DNA from: Macrostomum hystrix
Lineage: Eukaryota; Animalia; Platyhelminthes
Direction: 5' to 3'
Length of the DNA stretch: 64,000 bases
Assembly: GCA_950097015.1 (NCBI GenBank)
Contig: CATNEN010000029.1
Coordinates: 2,976,001-3,040,000 of the forward strand
Shown here: in pieces, positions 56,157 through 64,000 of the stretch
Position numbering within the stretch: position 1 is the first letter of the stretch
How the letters are laid out: every line of letters starts with the position of its first letter
Program-made: the position numbers and the translations under genes
The notes under the pieces: model-generated
Database searches by the model: none
What the model was told of the DNA's origin: nothing
The model's input: only the letters and a program-made list of their open reading frames with translations

Positions 56157-57447
56157 ATGTGCGGTGGTGGCATTGGCGCCTGGCCCATCGTTGACTTATC
56201 AGGAGGCCTGTAGTCAAATACAAATATAATTGCCTTAATTAGTTATCTCAAACCCTCACTGCAGTCAATCTTTCAGGAATCTTGTTTCCTAGACCTTCAG
56301 GATTAATCTGAAACTCTCACACAGTCAATCTTTCAGGAATCTTGTTTCCTAGACCTTCAGGATTAATCTGAAACTCTCACGACAGTCAATCTTTCAGGAA
56401 TCTCGTTTCCTAGACCTTCAGGATTATTCTGAAACTCTCACGACAGTCAATCTTTCAGGAATCTTGTTTCCTAGACCTTCAGGATTAATCTGAAACCCTC
56501 ACTGCAGTCAATATTTCAGGAATCTCGTTTCCTAGACCTTCAGGATTAATCTGAAACTCTCACGACAGTCAATCTTTCAGGAATCTTGTTTCCTAGACAT
56601 TCAAGATTAATCTGAAACCCTCACTGCAGTCAATATTTCAGGAATCTTGTTTCCTAGACCTTCAGGATTAATCTGAAACTCTCACGACAGTCAATCTTTC
56701 AGGAATCTTGTTTCCTAGACCTTCAGGATTAATCTGAAACTCTCACGACAGTCAATCTTTCAGGAATCTTGTTTCCTAGACCTTCAGGATTAATCTGAAA
56801 CCCTCACTGCAGTCAATATTTCAGGAATCTTGTTTCCTAGACCTTCAGGATTATTCTGAAACCCTCACTGCAGTCAATATTTCAGGAATCTTGTTTCCTA
56901 GACCTTCAGGATTAATTTGAAACTCCCACTGCAGTCAATCTTTCGGGAATCTCGTTTCCTAGACCTTAAGGATTAATCTGAATCTCTCACTGAAGTCAAT
57001 CATTCGAGAATCTCGTTTCCTAGACCTTCAGGATTATTCTGAAACTCTCACGACAGTCAATCTTTCAGGAATCTTGTTTCCTAGACCTTCAGGATTAATC
57101 GGAAACTCTCACGGCAGTCAATCTTTCAGGAATCTTGTTTCCTAGACCTTCAAGATTATTCTGAAACTCTCACGACAGTCAATCTTTCGGGAATCTCGTT
57201 TCCTAGACCTTAAGGAATTACTCAAAACAGTATACTCTACATATTTAACAATTTTGCTCATGTCTTACGGGCCAAACGCAGGCGGTCCATGTGTCGCACC
57301 CATGGCAGAATTTGGTGGCATTAGTTGAGACAATGGTGGCGGCTGTTGCTGCATCCCAGGCGCTGCTGAATGCGGAACCGACGGTGGCATAGATGGCGGC
57401 TGCTGCTGCCAGCCGTGTTGGCTAGGTGGCATTGAAGTTGCGGCCAT
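48243..57447 (-). CDS. SEC24C: COPII coat protein Sec24C/D; 11 coding exons, ~1071 aa (start codon uncertain)
   Basis: Exons 57447-57269, 56207-56088, 55742-55305, 55186-55027, 54521-53925, 53025-52426, 51846-51270, 49562-49356, 49275-49172, 49076-48987, 48386-48243, all phase-consistent. Pro/Gln-rich N-terminus, LDPDQMPS, zinc finger GPVRCIRCKAYM..FQCALC, trunk domain, and C-terminus SYVDFLLHIHKEIR. An acceptor at 57470 implies an unidentified upstream exon or a trans-splice. Confidence 0.95.
48468..48812. repeat. 24-bp minisatellite in the last Sec24 intron
   Basis: CCCAGAAACCCTATTCTCAGTATT x ~14. Confidence 0.93.
50130..51150. repeat. Degenerate ~32-bp (16/17-bp subunit) minisatellite in a Sec24 intron
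   Basis: GGATTTTAGACAATCGGGATTTCAGATAATTA-type units. Confidence 0.85.
51930..52000 (+). mobile_element. SINE family A fragment
   Basis: GGTTCGATTCCGCGGCTAGGCCACATTTCGTTTGAGGCGCAGCCGCGGAGAGAAGG matches the reverse complement of 1-60. Confidence 0.65.
53155..53845. repeat. 34-bp minisatellite in a Sec24 intron
   Basis: TTAACCCGACCCCAAACTGATTTATTGGTCATCA x ~20. Confidence 0.95.
54560..54930. repeat. 21-bp minisatellite in a Sec24 intron
   Basis: TGGATTATGAAGATTCCATTG x ~17. Confidence 0.9.
56260..57215. repeat. ~61-bp satellite in a Sec24 intron
   Basis: CAGTCAATCTTTCAGGAATCTTGTTTCCTAGACCTTCAGGATTAATCTGAAACTCTCACGA x ~15.5. Confidence 0.95.
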
Positions 57448-58438
57448 TGGTGGTGGCTGGTGACCCCAACTAAAATTGAATAGTACATTGATTTTTAGAG
57501 AAACACTAACACTATAAACATTTAACAGTCATTACTTATCAGCTATATAATAAGTTTCATTATTAAAACAACTCAGTAAAGACAAAAGTCTTAGGCATTC
57601 AAGAAACTATATCTTTACAAAAATAAGGTGATAATAAAATATCAAGCCAATTATAAATTGCCCATACTATATAGTCTAGGAAAGGGGTCAGAAAACTCTG
57701 GCCCATGGGCAAGTTCCAGCCCTCAAAGATCCCAAATCTGTCACATTGCCCCTTCCAACATATTTTCATCTTTATCTTGCCAAACCTCTCTCTTATCTGG
57801 AGATGGAGAGTCTCATCTCTCCTGCATCTTATCTTTCCCCAGTCTCATGTTTCTCTCCTGTCTCATCTTTTCTGTATCATGTCTCCCATTTCTCATATTC
57901 CTATAGTTAATGTGGGCCACATCATATTTTAGGTTCTCTCAGTGTTCAACGTAACCTATTGAAATACTAAAATTACAACTTAATGTCCTAAAACTTAAAT
58001 TTAATATAACTTAATATATACATTTCAAATAAAGTGTATTAAAAATGTATTGCAATTTTTGTAATAAAAGCTAAACAATTATAATTCAATTTACAGAAAT
58101 TGGACATGTGCATGTTTTAACTAAGACCTAAAGTTATTGATTTACTTTTTATGTTAGTTAATATTGGTTTTTTATCTAATGTTATAGATAAGAAATAGTA
58201 CAATAGATAAAATACAAGAAAATTAATATTTATTCAAAGTTTAAAAATCAAAACTATAAAAAGTTAATTTATAGTTTTCTACAGTTTACTTAGCTAATTA
58301 CCATAATTGAGGAAGCTAACCTACATTTGTTACAAGTTAAAATTTGACAAACTAATAAATAAAAGGTAAAAAAGAAAAGAAACTGGCCAAACTAATTATA
58401 TACATATGACAAGACTAAGTCAGTATCCATAAAAACAT

Positions 58439-58897
58439 GGTAATCTTTCCTTACCTGACCGTAAATTATTTTCGGTCAGCTCTAATTCAACAGCACGTGC
58501 TACCCGGCACACAGCATCCTGACTGACCAGTGGGCTGCATACAACCAACTGCCGAACCATGCCACTGTCAACCACTCCCTCAACTTCGTCAACCCTGCGG
58601 ACCCAACTGTGCACACCTAGAACATCGTGGGAACGTGGGGTCATGTCAAGGCCAAGCTAAGACGGATGCATGGCACGTCAGGTGTACTCTTTGACACTTA
58701 CCTCCAGGAGTTTATCTGGAGGCGCCATTGGGGAGAGCGTCATTTTGAAAATTTCATTTACTGGGTCCGGCACTACTACCCATGCTGACTTTTACCCATG
58801 CTGACTTTTAGCTTTTACCATTAGCCCATAAAAATATTTACATTTTGAATATTAAAAATTTGAAAAATAATTTACGGTCGGGTAAGGAAAGATTACC
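58439..58897 (+). mobile_element. Non-autonomous Merlin (IS1595/ISXO2-like) element, 459 bp, with a transposase C-terminal remnant
   Basis: ~33-bp TIRs GGTAATCTTTCCTTACC(T/C)GACCGTAAATTATTTT and an 8-bp TSD AAAAACAT. The remnant reads ILTDQWAAYNQLPNHATVNHSLNFV.P...HT*NIVGTW..VK...YLQEFIWR, with a frameshift, a stop, and the usual catalytic E replaced. Confidence 0.9.
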
Positions 58898-59489
58898 AAA
58901 AACATAACTACATAAAATGCAAATGCTACAAAATATTGTAATTTTTGAAAACCAACACTTTTTTGAATGTCTAAATTGATAAAGTAAAACAAAGCTATTT
59001 CACAAATATATGTAGGAATTGTAATTGTTTGACAAGTCACATAGCTAAAACATGCCATGTAGAATATCAATATCATTTGAGATAGTTAGAAATTTATTAG
59101 TATCGTTTTAGAATTTTAATATTATTGTTTTAAATTTTTTGGTGTAAATAAATTTTGTCAACAAATCATATTATAAAATGTATTTTATTAGTATATTAAA
59201 TGCTTTTATTTTTCATGTAATAATTAGTCTTTTCGTTTAAAAAAGAATTTAGTTACAATATTTGTTTAAGTTTTCCTCGCCACCCCAATCTTTTTGTATA
59301 AATAGTAGCGGTTTTAGGTCCTCAAAATATAACCTCGTCTTTGGCGACAAAAATACTAAACATAGAAAGCCACTTTAACTAGTGTTTCTGAAATTCTTAA
59401 CTTCGTGTTTATTATTTGAACAAGGATTAGAACTGTATTAGTTCGATCCAAATTTGAACTGTACTAGCTCTAAAATAATTGATAAGTTA

Positions 59490-59630
59490 TATCAACGTAT
59501 TGTTGATTTAGTTAAGATGTATTGTCTTTATTTAGGATATATCAACGTATTGTTGATTTAGCTAAGACGTATTGTCTTTATTTAGGATATATCAACATAT
59601 TGTTGATATAATTAAGGCGTATTGCCTTAC
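59490..59630. repeat. 50-bp tandem repeat, ~3 copies
   Basis: ATCAACGTATTGTTGAT-type starts at 59491, 59541 and 59591. Confidence 0.8.
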
Positions 59631-61151
59631 TGTTTAGAGTGTATTACTCAAAACAGATAACTATATTGAAATCATATGTAATGTATGATTAGTAAGATAT
59701 AAATATACAATTCCCGACTGTATTAAGAAGGAATTCCCACCCCTCCAGTCTACTGATCGTGACTACTGGGCAACTTCAATCCACCGCGCAAAGCCCCGGC
59801 CATACTCCGGAAGATGACTGGTACGCCGGAGATTTCCGGCGTACCAAATGAGTTTTCCAAAAAATTGGTGTACCACCAATGGCGTACCACCGATTCGAAA
59901 AAGCATTTGGCGTAACACCTTTGGCGTACCACCAAGCTGAAGTTGAATTGGCGTACCACTTTTAGCATACCATTGGCACCACCAGGCAAAAAATTGTTGC
60001 CAGAGTAAAAACTTTTTGTAATTTTGTGTAAATTACGACATACAAGATACGACTACATCACACGACAATGTATTTTACGTAAAAAATTGCATATATTTTT
60101 TCCTGCATTGTATAACTTGATTAATCATTTTATAAATATATTAATAAAATAATGTAGCCTAGTATTATTGGTAAATAAATTTCTGAGCGCTGATTATATC
60201 TGTTATTTTTTAATAATTGTTAAAGTTTGTCCGCTATATTTTTACAGTTTTCAAAGTTGAAATGTTATTATTTTTAGTGCCGCAACGTTATACACTAATG
60301 GACCCACACGTCTTTCTTTTGGCGTACCACTGGCGTACCACTTGGGAATCCTCCTTTTTCCTTCCGGCGTACCACATTACACCATCCGGACTATGGAGCC
60401 CCGGAAGACTGGAATTAGAATATTAGGGAGTGCCTTACCACTTGGGCACATTCAGCTACCATAGGTAACACATTACTCACGTGAGACCAAAATTACAAAA
60501 CATAGAAATTAGGGCAAATAAATACCGCACAGCGAGAACAGCTGCTACACATTATCAGTTTCCTTAAATTCATAAAACTACAAAAAGTCAACTAAGTTCA
60601 CAAACAGCTAGCTACCTTATAAATTGAAAACAACTTGTTACTTCTTTCTCATTAGATATTTTATTATGAAATTTAATTAAAAAAGTAATATAAGTGACTA
60701 TAAATCCAAATATTCTTAAAATAGATAAAGTGTAGGTGGTCAAGGTGGACTGGACAATACACTACACACTAATGGTTTACACTTCTAAAAAATGTTTAAC
60801 TTGTTTATAAAATTTTCGAGATGGCATAAATACATACCCTTGACTTGAAGGAGGTACTGTCGTCATCTAAGCAGTTACAGCACGAAGTTACAACTCATCA
60901 GATATTAGTTTTTCTACAATTTGACGTACGTTAACACGTCACATTCAGAAAACTCTGTTCAAAACCACGCTGTTATTGTTCTCGTTAATAACGACAAAAA
61001 ACTATGACTTTGAAATGTGTAATGCGAATCCTAGTCGAGTCACTTAAAAAAGAAAATTGTGAAAAAGGCTTCTTTGTGTTTTTTCAGATGTTTAATTTTT
61101 CAGAGTTCAGAGTTCAGATTTTTCAGAATTTTTCAGAATTTCAGAACTTTT

Positions 61152-61497
61152 TGTCATGAATATGAGGCGCAGTCAATTGGCTTAGCTTTTGTTAGAATAG
61201 GAAAGCAAACTTGTCGTGAATAGGCGAGGCTATATGCCAGTTTGTATTATTCAGCTTCAAGCAACGCGAACCCTAATAGAACGACAGGCGCGAGTTATAG
61301 ACTTAAAGGGACACGCCAGGTTGGGGCATAGACAATAAACATTAGTCTATAACGGCCGCGCCTGTCGTTCTATTAGGGTTCGTGTTGCTTGAAGCTGAAT
61401 AATACAAACTGGCATATAGCCTCCCCTAATCACGACAAGTTTGCTTTCCTATTCTAACAAAAGCTAAGCCAATTGACTGCGCCTCATATTCATGACA
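61152..61497. mobile_element. Palindromic MITE (~150-bp inverted arms, ~40-bp spacer)
   Basis: TGTCATGAATATGAGGCGCAGTCAATTGGCTTAGC...GTTATAGACT mirrors AGTCTATAAC...GCCTCATATTCATGACA with few mismatches. T-runs flank both sides. Confidence 0.8.
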
Positions 61498-62018
61498 TTT
61501 TTCAGAGTCAGGGGAGAGATAGTCAGGGGAGAGATGAGCCAGGGGAGAGATGAGCCAGCTGGAAGAGATGAGTCAGAAAAGAGATGAGTCAGGGAGAGAT
61601 GAGATATGGAATCTGACTGGCAGCCCATGCATGGTTTTACGACCCCTGTTTCAATGGTTCTATGGCCAGTGAAGTTTACTAAATATTGGAAAAACAAAAT
61701 AATATTACGATCAGTACCTGGGAACCGGTTTCGTAAAATCAGAACGTGCTTTTATCGGAAGGGAGTCCTGCTGGTTTTTAAACATAGGAAAGGCAAACGA
61801 ATAAGGTGAAATTAGCACTCAGCTCAGAGGCCAAGATCTGTAAAATTGTGGTCGGTTATTGATTCAAATATTTGACGGCTGCGTAAAATAATACTTATTC
61901 TGCTTTGTCTAGCTTGGCTCTCTGTATGCCTTTGTTCCGATTTCCGTTAGGGGGACTGTAAGATTTAACCAGATTGTGGGAGGAATAACTGTGTGTTCAG
62001 TACCTTAAACAGGTAGTC

Positions 62019-62090
62019 TCCTCGATAGTATAGTGGTCAGTATCTCCGCCTGTCACGTGGAAGGCCCGGGTTCGATTCCCGGTCGGGGAG
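62019..62090 (+). tRNA. tRNA-Asp (GTC)
   Basis: 72-nt cloverleaf TCCTCGA...TCGGGGAG, anticodon loop CTGTCAC, GGTTCGATTCC T-arm, TTTTT terminator 5 nt downstream. Confidence 0.95.
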
Positions 62091-62404
62091 AGACTTTTTA
62101 CTCCAGTTTCAGCTGAATAGATTTTGTAAAATCAGCGTCGTATTTTTAGAGCTGCAGTTTTTGCAAATTTATAGTTTTTTACTCCTGTGATCTTTGTAAC
62201 ACTACTTAATAGTAGGATCACACGCAAGTATCTAACAAACTTTCCATTTGTTTTACATTCGTTTTTATTCTTTCTCAATTAACTTTCAGGTTTTTCTGTC
62301 GCCTACTGCATTCAGGCATTTTAATGGTAAAAATATTTGGCGTAATTCAAAATATATGTTGCTTAGAAGCATATATTAGAAGCTAAACTAGGTCTAAAAT
62401 TTTT

Positions 62405-62476
62405 CTCCCCGACCGGGAATCGAACCCGGGCCTTCCACGTGACAGGCGGAGATACTGACCACTATACTATCGAGGA
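62405..62476 (-). tRNA. tRNA-Asp (GTC)
   Basis: Exact reverse complement of 62019-62090, with TTTT downstream. Confidence 0.95.
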
Positions 62477-63066
62477 GGTCACAGTACGTATGTCTGATTT
62501 AGTTAAACAAATGAACAGTTGCGAGTTTGACAAATCTCTGCAGTTTCAGCTTTTACTTTATTTAGTCCTTTCCCTCTTTAATGAAATCCAGCTTGAATTA
62601 GTTTTAATAAATGCTGGATTTCTGCAGTTAAAAATTCTTGATTAATCATTGATTAAACGTCACACCTTGGGCCACGTCTGTCGTTGCCATAGCAACGATA
62701 TTGATCCAGAACTTAGGGAAGTAGAGGTCTAGAGGAATTAGAGACACAGAGACTATAATATTGAGTCGTGGCACTTAACGTTATATATCGTTTAAGAATC
62801 TTAAGGGTTAGAAATTTTTAGTGTGTTCATTTTAATGTTAATTTCATTAGTGTTATCGACAATATCGGCAATACGACAATACTTGGTATCCAGCTTAATA
62901 TAGTTGGGTCATTGATTGACAGCTTATAGATTCACGTATTATAGCTATTGGCTAGGGTCGACGTCAATCATGTGTGATGTTTTTTGAGATGATTTTCAGA
63001 TCGTAAGTTTTACGCGTACACATAAAAAATAATAAAAATGACAGATAAGAGTTTCATAAATTAACT

Positions 63067-63138
63067 TCCTCGATAGTATAGTGGTCAGTATCTCCGCCTG
63101 TCACGTGGAAGGCCCGGGTTCGATTCCCGGTCGGGGAG
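63067..63138 (+). tRNA. tRNA-Asp (GTC)
   Basis: Identical third copy, with TTTT ~10 nt downstream. Confidence 0.95.
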
Positions 63139-63534
63139 GATAAGTTCTTTTGCCAAAAAGTCGTCTTTTTTGTTCACAAGCAAAACTGTGCTGTAATTTA
63201 AGCTGGTTAATTTTTTGCCGCCCAGCCTCGACTTTGTTTAATATGGCTTTATTGCATTGCCAGCTATGCCTACGTAATTAAAAAACTGAGTTAGAAAATA
63301 GATCTTAGCTCAACAGTTCATGCACCTGTAGTTTTTTCTTATTCTGAAGTTTATTATATAAAAATTTAATCTGTTGCTACTCACAGCAGCATAACAATGT
63401 TTCAATTTTCAGGTTTCAAAGTGCAAAGTTAAAGCGAATATACCGCCTTCATTAAATAGGTTTCTTAGCGTATTTTATGCACAGAGACAGATAAGAGGTG
63501 GATGTAGCAGATTGATGATTAGCGAGAGGGAGGA

Positions 63535-64000
63535 AAGGCGGATTATATGGGCGGGTGAGGGCGGAAAGGCGGATTATATGGGCGGGTGAGGGCGGAAAGG
63601 TGGATTATAAGGGCGGGTGAGGGCGGAAAGGCGGATTATATGGGTGGGTGAGGGCGGGAAGGTGGATTATATGGGCGGGTGAGGGAGGAAAGGCGGATTA
63701 TATGGGCGGGTGAGGGCAGAAAGGTGGATTATATGGGCGGGTGAGGGCGGGAAGGTGGATTATATGGGCGGGTGAGGGCGGGAAGGTGGATTATAAGGGC
63801 GGGTGAGGGCGGAAAGGTGGATTATATGGGCGGGTGAGGGCGGAAAGGCGGATTATATGGGCGGGTGAGGGCGGGAAGGTGGATTATATGGGCGGGTGAG
63901 GGCGGGAAGGTGGATTATAAGGGCGGGTGAGGGCGGAAAGGTGGATTATAAGGGCGGGTGAGGGCGGAAAGGTGGATTATATGGGCGGGTGAGGGCGGAA
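63535..64000. repeat. 31-bp G-rich minisatellite, runs off the window edge
   Basis: GGATTATATGGGCGGGTGAGGGCGGAAAGGC x ~15. Confidence 0.93.

Overview
Eukaryotic (animal, invertebrate-like) genomic DNA with GC-rich exons, short GT-AG introns and many unrelated minisatellites. The style recalls free-living flatworms such as Macrostomum, which is an inference only. Host genes: a single-exon type I membrane protein (2161-3129, -) with a frame-disrupted probable paralogue next to it; RPB11 (6475-6810, -); an intronless RING-finger protein carrying ice-binding-protein-like xxNxVxG repeats (12883-13641, -); a PKA type I regulatory subunit (6 exons, 38935-44866, +); Sec24C/D (11 exons, 48243-57447, -); and three identical tRNA-Asp(GTC) genes. 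The main discovery is a 16.5-kb DNA transposon (22069-38598) with a 7-bp target-site duplication (GTGCCGT) and kilobase-scale terminal inverted repeats (TIRs) that each contain a decayed SINE and a G-rich minisatellite. It encodes two convergent genes that I assembled by hand: an intact 10-exon, 813-aa KDZ (Kyakuja-Dileera-Zisupton) transposase, and a 5-exon, 247-aa partner with an HMG-box-like N-terminus that the ORF track misses. The element lies 336 bp upstream of the PKA-R start codon. Also present are a 459-bp Merlin deletion derivative with TIRs and an 8-bp TSD, a palindromic MITE, two tRNA-derived SINE families and a strongly CpG-depleted block. Most long ORFs in the supplied track are artefacts of tandem repeats.
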